Of a stretch of 64,000 nt of DNA, positions 41,843 to 50,811 are shown in pieces; the first letter of the stretch is position 1; every line of letters starts with the position of its first letter. Both the position numbers and the translations under genes were made by a program. The stretch lies in the NCBI GenBank assembly GCA_050331235.1, contig JBHJHA010000039.1:19651-83650 (forward strand), read 5' to 3'. The stretch is from Leptolyngbyaceae cyanobacterium (GTDB lineage: Bacteria > Cyanobacteriota > Cyanobacteriia > Phormidesmidales > Phormidesmidaceae). The notes beneath the pieces are model-generated. The model ran no database searches, was not told where the DNA came from, and saw only the letters and a program-made list of their open reading frames with translations.

Positions 41843-42499
41843 CTACTGGGTCAACATTTGCATAATAGCGACATGGGACTGCCCTTCTTGGACGAGGGCT
41901 TCGACCGGTTCTAGACGACTCTCTAAGCCGAGAATAAAGCGATTGCACTCAGCCCCCAAAGACTCACAGCTGGTTTGTACACAAGCTAAATCACGGCCGG
42001 TTAGCTGGCTAAAAAAGGCCTGCAAAACTCCGGCTTCTAAGGCTCCAGCCGGTTGATTGGGTTGAATCGGATGCACGGTAAAGGGGGAGTTTTGCACCTC
42101 GACCACTAAGAAACCTTGCATCTGATAGTCAGTGTTGAGTGCAAAGATGCCCCATCCGTGGGTGCGCCAACATTCCTGCATGGCTTTGACAAACTCGACC
42201 ATCGATAAATCGGCTACGCCCGTTTGGTAATACTCGCTAAGTTCTTCTCATAAGCGGGCATAGATGTTCTTGCGCCACCAGATACCTCAGTTACGCAACA
42301 CTTTTTTAGTGGCTTGTCCGGTTTCTTGGTTGAGTCCAGCGATGATCGATTTCATCAAGGCATCTGGCAAGGCTAGTAAGCGATCGCCGCGCCGATTTTC
42401 CAACAAACCAAACTCTAACGTTCCTTTGATGTAGACATCATTGGCAAAGTAGTTGCCGGGCAAACGATTATCAACCAGTAAATCAGCAACGGAAATCAT
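41843..42499 (-). pseudogene. V4R-domain protein (Slr0147-like) interrupted by two in-frame TGA codons; pseudogene, recoded gene or sequence error
   Basis: One continuous frame MISVADLL...VLRN*GIWWRKNIYARL*EELSEYY...HGWG...CVQTSCESLGAECNRF; TGA at 42287-42289 and 42248-42250. Confidence 0.8.
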
Positions 42500-42532
42500 A
42501 GATTCATATTCCTGCAATGAGATGAGTGATGA

Positions 42533-43051
42533 TTAAAACAAGCCAACGAGAGACTCACTAGTGATTTCTCCATCTGTCTGGGCCGCAGTCGGCGCTGGTG
42601 AGATCAGGCGCGCTGCTGCTTCGATACTGGGCAGCAGCAATGTCATCTGAGCCGGCGAAAACCTTCCTGCAAACTGCTCTTTAATCAGTTGATACAGTGC
42701 TGTGTCAATCGCCTGCGTCTCATAAGCTTCAATGATTTCTGGCAGCCAGGTTTCGAGCCGCTGAGTGACCAAGTCAGCATCGTCTGTCAGCATCGCCATC
42801 GCCGCATAGCGAACCATCAAAATACCGTTCTGCAAACTGCGCTTAAGCTTATCTTCTGACTCACGGGGAAATTGGCGCTGCAGAGCATCCGCTACCGTTT
42901 GCATCAAGGTCACTTCTTCATTGCGAAGGCGCTGATAAAAGCTGATGCGCTCTGGCAGAGAACTTACGAACTGACTAAGTTGGTTAAGTTCGCCAGCTTG
43001 TAGATAAGCCTTCTCCGGTTCATCAAATAGAGCAACAAGTTGGGAATTCAT
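42533..43051 (-). CDS. Phycobiliprotein/globin-fold protein without Cys (Slr0146-like)
   Basis: EKAYLQAGEL N-terminal helix and VRYAAMAML phycobiliprotein-like motif. Confidence 0.78.
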   Translation of the reverse strand: MNSQLVALFDEPEKAYLQAGELNQLSQFVSSLPERISFYQRLRNEEVTLMQTVADALQRQFPRESEDKLKRSLQNGILMVRYAAMAMLTDDADLVTQRLETWLPEIIEAYETQAIDTALYQLIKEQFAGRFSPAQMTLLLPSIEAAARLISPAPTAAQTDGEITSESLVGLF

Positions 43052-43110
43052 GGCGGATACTCCATAGTGAGTGACAATAGGAATCAGGAAAAGCAGAGAA
43101 ACCCGGCCGG

Positions 43111-43434
43111 CTAGAAGAGATCGGCAAAACCATCTAGGGTCAAGTCATCGTCAGCTGGCAGCTCTGGCTGAACGGTTAAGGGAGCTACTGGAGCTGCGAT
43201 ATCGGGTTTGCCGTCCCAAGGGAAGTGCTCAAAAAAGTCACCCACCTTGAGCTTCATATTTAGTTCAAGAGCCGCGGTCTCAGATGTCTCTGTGGAGGAG
43301 GCTGACACCAGCGGTGTCGGTGCTGCCCCGGTCCAGGGAATCTGTTCAAAAAAGTCGCGGACAGACGTCGTTGGTAAGGGCATTGTTCTTAAGCGATGAC
43401 CATTTCTATGACCATTCAAAAGGGCTGTACTCAT
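43111..43434 (-). CDS. Small hypothetical protein with a duplicated VxDFFExxPWxG motif (Slr0145 position)
   Basis: SVRDFFEQIPWTG and KVGDFFEHFPWDG; start overlaps the upstream V4R stop (ATGA). Confidence 0.75.
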   Translation of the reverse strand: MSTALLNGHRNGHRLRTMPLPTTSVRDFFEQIPWTGAAPTPLVSASSTETSETAALELNMKLKVGDFFEHFPWDGKPDIAAPVAPLTVQPELPADDDLTLDGFADLF

Positions 43435-44117
43435 GCACTTACCTCTCCTGCCCGTAAGCGCTTCTCAATGTCGCGGGCGGTGGCGCCTTCATTCATCCAA
43501 AAGGCCGCCGCGTCAATGCGTTCTTTACCGCCGAGCAAAAATTTACAGTAGGTCTCACCCATGGAGTAGCACTGAATCTCGATACAGCTCAACTGCTTAC
43601 GTACCATCTCAGTGAAAAAGCCAGCAAATAAGCCTGCATAGACATGGCAAACCGGCTTGCCAACATCTCCTAAGGTGCGGGCGACGGCAGAGTCAAATAC
43701 GTTGATAAACATAAAGCCCTGCTTGCGATCGCTCATATCAACTTCCCAGCGTCCCCATCCCTGGGAGGTAAAGGGCCACCACCAAGTTTCTAACAGAAAC
43801 ATCAGATTAGCTTTGCGAGCACTCATGCCAAACTCTTTTTCAAACCAACTCTCAAAAAAGAGCGAATCATGCTTCCCCCATTCCAAACCGATGGAATACA
43901 TGATGGCTGCGGAAGCCTCACCAACTTCCTCTTCTAACCCTTCGAGCAAACCGATAATGAAATCTTCGCTAGAGAAAAAATTTCGGCTACCATTCCAATC
44001 AACAACGCTGCCAGCTTCTGGATTGAATTGAAAAAAGTCTTTGAAGCTATAGTGATTATGCTTCTGAGGATGACGATCGTGTTGCTTGTGAGTATTGTCT
44101 AATACAGTTGTTGCCAT
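43431..44117 (-). CDS. V4R-domain protein (Slr0144-like)
   Basis: HNHY..DFF, GWGRW, DSAVARTLGDVGKPVCH, CIEIQCYSMGETYCKF; ATG 44117. Confidence 0.9.
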   Translation of the reverse strand: MATTVLDNTHKQHDRHPQKHNHYSFKDFFQFNPEAGSVVDWNGSRNFFSSEDFIIGLLEGLEEEVGEASAAIMYSIGLEWGKHDSLFFESWFEKEFGMSARKANLMFLLETWWWPFTSQGWGRWEVDMSDRKQGFMFINVFDSAVARTLGDVGKPVCHVYAGLFAGFFTEMVRKQLSCIEIQCYSMGETYCKFLLGGKERIDAAAFWMNEGATARDIEKRLRAGEVSA

Positions 44118-44471
44118 AGGTCCTTGCTCAAGAAGCTCATTTTCATACTCTGTTAGATGTAATGTGCCCAACCGGAAAACGACACCAACGCTCACCGGAA
44201 GAAGTTGAAAAATCTTAAGCTTTTGCTTGATTAAGCGTTAATGGGATCCGTAATTTAACTGAACGATAGTAGTATTTGGCAGGGGCGAAAACTGAGCTAA
44301 GACCCTAAAAGAAATCCCTAAACCGTATAACCAGCTTAGGGATCATGATTCGTCAGCACGACAAACTATTTCCATCTGGCCCCCAGTCGGGGACTCAGTG
44401 AAATCATCGAGGCTTACTCCCGATTGCAGCAGGAAAAGCGGTTGTCATGGCCGAGCAAAACACTTTGCTTG

Positions 44472-44951
44472 CTAAGCATGAACCTCACCTAGCGTAACTC
44501 GGCTCATCTCAATGAGTGGACAAAAGAGAGCTGCTTCTTCAGGGCTGAGGGCGCTGCGCAGCACCTTTTGCATCGCCTGGTAAGTCGCCTCACAGCTGCG
44601 CTCAGCGTTGAAAGATTTCATAATGGTTTGAAACCAAGCTAGCATTCTTTCTTGAAAAACTTCGGCGTCGTCTGAGAGCAGTGCTGTGGCAGCATATCGC
44701 AGTATCCGCACCGTATCCCGCTGCCACTTAGCCGTGAGGTCGGCGCCGTTAATCTGAAGTAGGGTTGGGTCTTTAGCCTGCAATTCTGCAAGCACCTGCT
44801 GAATGATCTTAGGCTCTAACTTTTGCAGCTTTTGATAAAGGGAAAAGCGTAACCGAGCGGTTTTCAGATAATCCTGGAAAAACATGAGTTCAGCATCTGT
44901 AGCGTAGCGACCATCGGTTTGGGTACAGAGCTGTTCAATTTGCTGAATCAT
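44472..44951 (-). CDS. Allophycocyanin-like globin-fold protein (Slr0149-like)
   Basis: DGRYATDAEL, KWQRD..ILRYAATALL, ERMLAWFQTIM. Confidence 0.8.
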   Translation of the reverse strand: MIQQIEQLCTQTDGRYATDAELMFFQDYLKTARLRFSLYQKLQKLEPKIIQQVLAELQAKDPTLLQINGADLTAKWQRDTVRILRYAATALLSDDAEVFQERMLAWFQTIMKSFNAERSCEATYQAMQKVLRSALSPEEAALFCPLIEMSRVTLGEVHA

Positions 44952-45061
44952 AATGGCTAGGAAACAAGTGGTGGTATGCGAATTTGTATAGTTAATATGC
45001 CCAATACTTAATCGAACTTAATGAGCTGGTAAGTGAGATTCCTGAAATTAAATGGTCTGGT

Positions 45062-45117
45062 AATGTCAGCTGATGACATTGAGACGCATTGCTGCGTGTG
45101 AGACGCATTGCTGCGTG
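45062..45117. repeat. Palindrome followed by a 19-bp tandem repeat in the divergent promoter region
   Basis: AATGTCA-N5-TGACATT (45062-45080); TGAGACGCATTGCTGCGTG x2 (45080-45098, 45099-45117). Confidence 0.9.
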
Positions 45118-45314
45118 GAGCCTAACAACAGAAATATGCTCTATTCGTTTGCCGATAAGATTTTGCAAGGGAAGGGTAGTTAGGTCCATGAGGGCAAGGG
45201 GTGCTGTAATCGGCGTAATAAGCTGATGTGAAGCAGCCGGAGTATTATTGCGGTGGAGTCGCCAAGCTAGGGCACGCCATAACCGCAAGCGGATCTCGAC
45301 GAGGAGTCAAGTGA

Positions 45315-47027
45315 ATGAGCCAACGATGGTGGAAGCGACTTAATCTGATGACGACGATCGCCGCTGGCTGTCTAGCTGTAGAGGCTACCACCGCCCTATC
45401 AGCAAAAAGCGCGGAATATCTGCAAATTGGTTTGGGATTGTTTAGTCTGTCAGTTCCAATTACGGATCTCGAAACCTTTGCGAAAACCGGACAAACTCCA
45501 GACTCTCTGAATACCTATTTCGAGCTTTTGCCCGCCGCCGCTGAAGCCCAATTACGGGAAGGGTTGACGCGCAAATTTCCCATTAGTCCGGTGGCAGTGT
45601 CGCAGGTAACCTACGCCTCTATTGGGGAGGATTTCCTTCACCGCTTGGGCACGGTTATTCAAACCCCGTCCGGCCTCAATGGCGAAAAGGCCATTCGGGC
45701 GGCTCTAATTTTAGCGGCAGCAGACCCAGAGGGATTTTCTATCTTGGGATTTTTGGAAGCGTTTCCAACGGTGGGCATTCACGTTGATGGCGGGCGACTG
45801 CTGACATTGCAAACTGAAGTAGAGGCTTATTTCAGCTATCGTGATGCGGCCTTGGCCGCCATTACGGCTCAGTCGGAGAGCGAAATCGCTGCTACGTTTG
45901 ATCAAGTTGATTGGGACGGCGTTCCAGATCTGCGCGATCGCGGCGACCATCGCTTTGACAAAACCGTCCTGAAACTCCGTAATGAGTTTCCTGGTATTCC
46001 CCCCGATCAGCCTCGAATTTTTGAAGTTGATTTTTATCAACCTGAGCGGTCGACAGCATCAACGCCGCTGGTCATCATTTCCCACGGGTTGGGCTCAAAT
46101 CGAGCGCAGTTTAGCACCATGGCTCAACATTTGGCGTCCTATGGGTTTGCTGTGGCAGTGCCGACGCATCCCGGTAGTGACACCGATTATCAGCAAGAGT
46201 TTTTGGCTAACCTTTCCTATGAGGGAATTAGTCCCACCGAGTTTATTTATCGTCCTTGGGATGTCAAGACGATCATCAATGTCTTGGCGGCAGAACCGGC
46301 CTATCAAGGGCAACTAGATTTAAATAATGTTGGTGTGATTGGTCACTCATTTGGGGGCTACACGGCATTGGCGATCGCGGGGGCACCCCTCAACCAAGAC
46401 TTTATCCAAGCGACCTGTGATCCGGTGCAGTATGTCCTCAATCTTTCGACGCTGCTGCAGTGTCGAGCTGCTTTGCTACCGATGGCTGACTACGATCTAG
46501 CTGATGAACGCGTGCGAGCCGTGATTGCCTACAGCCCGATCACAAGTGTGCTGTTAGGACCCGAAAATCTTGCACAGATTTCTAAGCCTGTCATGATGGT
46601 GACGGGCTCTAGCGACTTCATTGCACCGGCTATTCCAGAGCAAATTCATCCTTTCCTTTGGTTGGAAACCCCTGACAAGTATCTGGCCACCTTCGTTTCC
46701 GCTAGCCATGTTTCAATCAATGGCGAAGTCGAGTTTAGCGATCAGGTGGATATCTCGCCCCAGGTATCATCGTTAGTGACGGGGCCTGATCCCAACCTCA
46801 GTAGCCGCTATGCCCACGCACTCAATGCAGCATTTATGGGTTTTCACCTAAGCGATCGCCCCAACTATGAGCAATTTCTGGGTGCGGCCTATGCGGCTGA
46901 ATACCTGAGTGAAGAGCCCGTTGAACTCAAAGTGATCAGCGATCTTAGGGCAGAGCAGCTGATTGACAGCTACGGTGGGCAACCGCCCATTGCCATCTAT
47001 CCAGAAGCGTCTCCCCTCGAAGAGTAA
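45315..47027 (+). CDS. DUF1400 + alpha/beta hydrolase (lipase/PAF-AH-like)
   Basis: Signal peptide, AIRAALILAA DUF1400 motif, SHGLGS, HPGS, GHSFGG nucleophile elbow. Confidence 0.88.
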   Translation: MSQRWWKRLNLMTTIAAGCLAVEATTALSAKSAEYLQIGLGLFSLSVPITDLETFAKTGQTPDSLNTYFELLPAAAEAQLREGLTRKFPISPVAVSQVTYASIGEDFLHRLGTVIQTPSGLNGEKAIRAALILAAADPEGFSILGFLEAFPTVGIHVDGGRLLTLQTEVEAYFSYRDAALAAITAQSESEIAATFDQVDWDGVPDLRDRGDHRFDKTVLKLRNEFPGIPPDQPRIFEVDFYQPERSTASTPLVIISHGLGSNRAQFSTMAQHLASYGFAVAVPTHPGSDTDYQQEFLANLSYEGISPTEFIYRPWDVKTIINVLAAEPAYQGQLDLNNVGVIGHSFGGYTALAIAGAPLNQDFIQATCDPVQYVLNLSTLLQCRAALLPMADYDLADERVRAVIAYSPITSVLLGPENLAQISKPVMMVTGSSDFIAPAIPEQIHPFLWLETPDKYLATFVSASHVSINGEVEFSDQVDISPQVSSLVTGPDPNLSSRYAHALNAAFMGFHLSDRPNYEQFLGAAYAAEYLSEEPVELKVISDLRAEQLIDSYGGQPPIAIYPEASPLEE

Positions 47028-47112
47028 TGGCTTAGCTGGAGTTCTTTGAGTTGCTGTAATATTGCTCGGCTTTGGGAGATGAATATGGGCTTAGTTGATT
47101 GAGGCGCTATAG

Positions 47113-48066
47113 CTAGGCATCGCCTGGTTCCCGAGTCCCTGCGGCCAACTGTAGGATCATGGGATGCCCGCCATCGGTGTGATATTTATCGGCCCAGGCT
47201 TTGAGCAAAGTGTCTAGTTCTTTGAGGGCTTCGTCGCGCTGCTCAAGGGGAACATCAAACACCTCTAATCCGCGAAAAATATCAGTTCGCTCGATGACCC
47301 ATCCCTGCATGAGCTTACAAAACCGGGCTAAGTCATCCATCATGGTGAAAACTCGTTCGCGCTCGCCTTTGGGGGCATAGTGGGTGCGCATCAGTGCAAA
47401 GATCGGAATTGACAGAAAGGGGATGTCGAGCTGCGTGACAGTGCCGGAATAGAGTAAGCGAAACTTGATATGCTCAGTCAGCGCATCGCTAAGGGGCATT
47501 TGTCGGCTAGGGGGATATTCAGCTTGAGATTTTTCGTGCAGTAGTTTGATCAGATCGGCAAACTCCAAGATATCTAGAAAGCGCGCTGTGGGTAAGTCGT
47601 CGGGCAGTTGAGCATATAGGGTTTCGTACTCTTTTGACGTCAAGTGATGGCCGTTGAGCCGCGATTGACCGGGTTGCCAGGGATGTTTTTCTTGCCACAA
47701 AAAGGGCAGACCAATGAGATAGTAAGGTTCCTGGTCGCTAAGGCTGGTGAGCGATCGCCCCTCAGTTTTGAGGGCTTCAACTTCTTTGATGATAGCCCGG
47801 ACGCGTTTAGGCTCCACATGATGCAGAAAGCTGGTTTTGCGGATATTGTTGCCCTGCTCAACGTAAGACGAGTAGATCGCTAGCTTGGCAGCGGCGTTCG
47901 CAGCTTCTAAAAAGGCACCGTAGCGGTGGCCACCAAGCTTCATTACGCTGGCCGCCAGATGGATCAAAATCCGGTCAGCAGAGCTGACTTTGAGTTGGGC
48001 AAGTAACTGTTCGTCCTCAATCGTTAGGGGAGAAAAGTCCTGATAAGACGTTGCAGATTTGGTCAC
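47113..48066 (-). CDS. hetR: Divergent HetR-family transcriptional regulator
   Basis: GHRYGAFLEAA, LHHVEPKRV, QEPYYLI, LSDALTEHIKFRLLYSGTV, WADKYH..GG.PMILQ. Confidence 0.9.
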   Translation of the reverse strand: MTKSATSYQDFSPLTIEDEQLLAQLKVSSADRILIHLAASVMKLGGHRYGAFLEAANAAAKLAIYSSYVEQGNNIRKTSFLHHVEPKRVRAIIKEVEALKTEGRSLTSLSDQEPYYLIGLPFLWQEKHPWQPGQSRLNGHHLTSKEYETLYAQLPDDLPTARFLDILEFADLIKLLHEKSQAEYPPSRQMPLSDALTEHIKFRLLYSGTVTQLDIPFLSIPIFALMRTHYAPKGERERVFTMMDDLARFCKLMQGWVIERTDIFRGLEVFDVPLEQRDEALKELDTLLKAWADKYHTDGGHPMILQLAAGTREPGDA

Positions 48067-48266
48067 ACTCCGGCACTCATTTCGAAAAAAGGGGTTGGCA
48101 AGATCAGCGTCCTATTGGCACCCTCAGACCAGCGTTAAGGGACTGATCGACCATTTTTTATCGCTCCTGCATAACAGGATATGAGAGGCATTGTAGTTTG
48201 CTATGCCAATCTGTTTCCAGAATTCCCGTATTTTTACGTGGTTCATCAGGAGGGAGAGGAGGCAAC

Positions 48267-50639
48267 CTACGGATTGCCGTTGTCGCGATCGCCAGGCTTC
48301 ACATATTGGTCCAGCCAGCGCGTCATCTCCCACAGAACATGGCTGATTGCCTCTTTTGAAGTATATCCATGCCCTTCTAAGGGCAGCTCTACCCACCGAG
48401 CGGTACCGCCTAAGCCTTTGATGGCTCCATACAGCCGCTCACTCTGCATCGGATAAGTGCCGGCATTTTCATCATTGCTGCCGTGAATCAAGAGTAGGGG
48501 TTGCTTGATCTGAGCCGCGTAGGTAAAGGGCGACATCGCAAAATAGGTTTCAGCCGCGTCCCAAAAGGTCCGTTGCTCACCTTGAAAACCAAAAGGGGTA
48601 AGACTGCGATTATAAGCGCCGCTATTGGCAATGCCCGCTTGAAAAAGATCGGTGTGGGCTAGCAAGTTAGCGGTCGTAAAAGCCCCATAGGAATGTCCCC
48701 CGATTGCGATGTGTCCCCGCTGGCTAATGCCATGGGTGACCAGATAATTCACCACAGCTTCTGCACTTTGGGTCAGTTGCCGAATATAGCTATCGTTAGG
48801 TTCGCGATCACCCTCGCCAATGATCGGCATTTTGGGCCCCATGACTACGGCATAGCCTTGTGTCAGCAAAAATCGAGGATCGTAGGCAAACGGTCGCCGA
48901 AATGCATTTTCCGCCGTAGTGAGTTGAGATGCCGCATCCCGACTTTTGAACTCTTTGGGATAAGCCCACAGTAGGGTTGGTAGCGGCCCCATGGTGGCAG
49001 GATCATATCCTGGCGGCAGGTAAAGCGTTGCTGACAAGCTGACCCCATCGGCGCGATTGTATTGGATGACGGTAGGCTCCAAATCTCGATACCAAGGCTG
49101 TGGATCAGCAAAGTTCGTAAGGGCCGTTTCGCTACCGGTGGCGAGGTTAACTAGCCAATAGTTGGGCGGTGTCTGTGGCGACTCTCGACGGGTAATAACG
49201 GCTGTGGCTGTCGCGTCGAAGACTCGGTCAACTCTCTCATAGTAGGGATCTGTCGCTTGCCACAGCCGGGTTTTAGCTCGGGTGGCCAAGTTCCAGCAAT
49301 CTAAGAATGGATATACACCGTCGGCAGACGCGCCGCTGCCCCGTAGGTACACACTCTGGTTGTCAGGTGTTAGCAGCAAAACCCGTCGCTGGTAAGGCCC
49401 TGGGACCATCACTGGCTGACCAGGATCTGCATAGCGATTTTGGAAGTCACGCTCATCTAGTAGCCGTGGATTCCCAGATTTTGTAGCGGGATCAAGCTGC
49501 CAAATTTGGATCTGCCGGCTGTCATACCAGGTTTCAACGCCTATGGCTAAGTGGTCATGTCCCCAAAGGAGGGAACTGAAGCGTAGACTAGTGGACCACA
49601 GCCGTTGCGGAGTTTGCTCAAACGGCGCTGAGAGTTGTGAGACGGCGTCCCGCTGCTTGACTGAGCGGTTGGTGTCGCCATCATCGAGGGCCTCAACCCA
49701 ATACAAGGTAGCGGGTTGGTCATGGCGCCACCCGGTGATGCGTTTGCCCGCGCGCACGGAGTCGAAGGTGACGGGAATGTCATCCGCTAAGGGTAAGTCA
49801 TCAACGTGATAGGCTTCGTTTCCGCTAGCGTCAAGAATGCTGACGCGCTTGGGAAACAAGCGTGCTGGCACCTGATAGGAAAATGGCCGCTGGATCGTGC
49901 GCAGGAGCATCCATTGCCCATCCGGGGAGGGGACCATAGATGCTATCAGTTGCGCCTCAGTCAAAGGCGTGCGATCGCCGTTCAGACTAACGCGCATCAG
50001 CACTGAAGACAGATAATACTCAAACAGTGCCTCGTCATGGGGCGTTGCGAGGAGATTGGTATAGGTCCGCGTTGGTGTTGTGCGCCCCAAATTTTGTTCA
50101 ATATGAGGACCGTTGGGTACGGCTGCCGCCGTCGGGGGCTGGACCTGGTTAGGGGGCACGACTTTACATAACAGTCCCGCCGTTTCAGTGAGCCACTGAA
50201 AGGGAGTGCCATAGGTATTGTTGAGAATCGGAGGGGTGAGCGGGTAAGCTTTCCCCAATTTCATGTCAGCCACCCACAGCTCAATGCCCGCTGGCTGATC
50301 AAGAGTAAACGCCAGCAAGTTGCCGCCTGGTGACCAACGTAGGTTGCGGACGCTGGGAGATGGCGGCAGGGCGATTTCCCGTTGCTGTCCGGTTTGGATG
50401 GTTTGCACTGTAAGTCCTGTAAAGCCATAGGCTCGCGCTGGACCTCGGAGCGCCGGATCTAACTGCAGTCCGGCCAATTTAACCCGGGGTCGGGCGAGGA
50501 CGGCTAAGGGTTTCAAAGGGGGACGGTGTAAGTGCACCAGCCATCGGTGATCGGGATCGATAGTGACCTCGGGATACCAGGGCGTATCAAGCATCGAGGC
50601 GATAGGTTCGGGGGGCTGTTGCCACGGAGTCGGGGCCAT
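48267..50639 (-). CDS. S9-family prolyl oligopeptidase / glutamyl peptidase-like
   Basis: Beta-propeller N-terminus; GGHSYG, SGAYNR.LTPFGFQ, LLIHG..D, LPLEGH. Confidence 0.9.
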   Translation of the reverse strand: MAPTPWQQPPEPIASMLDTPWYPEVTIDPDHRWLVHLHRPPLKPLAVLARPRVKLAGLQLDPALRGPARAYGFTGLTVQTIQTGQQREIALPPSPSVRNLRWSPGGNLLAFTLDQPAGIELWVADMKLGKAYPLTPPILNNTYGTPFQWLTETAGLLCKVVPPNQVQPPTAAAVPNGPHIEQNLGRTTPTRTYTNLLATPHDEALFEYYLSSVLMRVSLNGDRTPLTEAQLIASMVPSPDGQWMLLRTIQRPFSYQVPARLFPKRVSILDASGNEAYHVDDLPLADDIPVTFDSVRAGKRITGWRHDQPATLYWVEALDDGDTNRSVKQRDAVSQLSAPFEQTPQRLWSTSLRFSSLLWGHDHLAIGVETWYDSRQIQIWQLDPATKSGNPRLLDERDFQNRYADPGQPVMVPGPYQRRVLLLTPDNQSVYLRGSGASADGVYPFLDCWNLATRAKTRLWQATDPYYERVDRVFDATATAVITRRESPQTPPNYWLVNLATGSETALTNFADPQPWYRDLEPTVIQYNRADGVSLSATLYLPPGYDPATMGPLPTLLWAYPKEFKSRDAASQLTTAENAFRRPFAYDPRFLLTQGYAVVMGPKMPIIGEGDREPNDSYIRQLTQSAEAVVNYLVTHGISQRGHIAIGGHSYGAFTTANLLAHTDLFQAGIANSGAYNRSLTPFGFQGEQRTFWDAAETYFAMSPFTYAAQIKQPLLLIHGSNDENAGTYPMQSERLYGAIKGLGGTARWVELPLEGHGYTSKEAISHVLWEMTRWLDQYVKPGDRDNGNP

Positions 50640-50811
50640 GAAGTTATTTCGCAGGGGAAGGAATTGATGACATCCCGTTGTTATAGCAGCTCTAGCGACG
50701 ATGGCTGCTAACTACGACCGCTAATCGCGGGGAAAATCGGAAAATGGGTGAATCGCCTTCTGCATTCGCTGGGGGAGTCTGCCGACAATCACCCGCAACA
50801 GTGAGACTGCA

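Noticed and set aside
44118..44471. Gap in the V4R operon as a possible ferredoxin remnant or sRNA
   Set aside because: No CxxxxCxxC-coding trace seen; only weak hairpins; probably an internal promoter region
49329..49346. RGSGA peptide in the S9 peptidase next to hetR, as a possible PatS-like RGSGR motif
   Set aside because: The final Arg is missing and the motif is inside a folded propeller domain; likely coincidence
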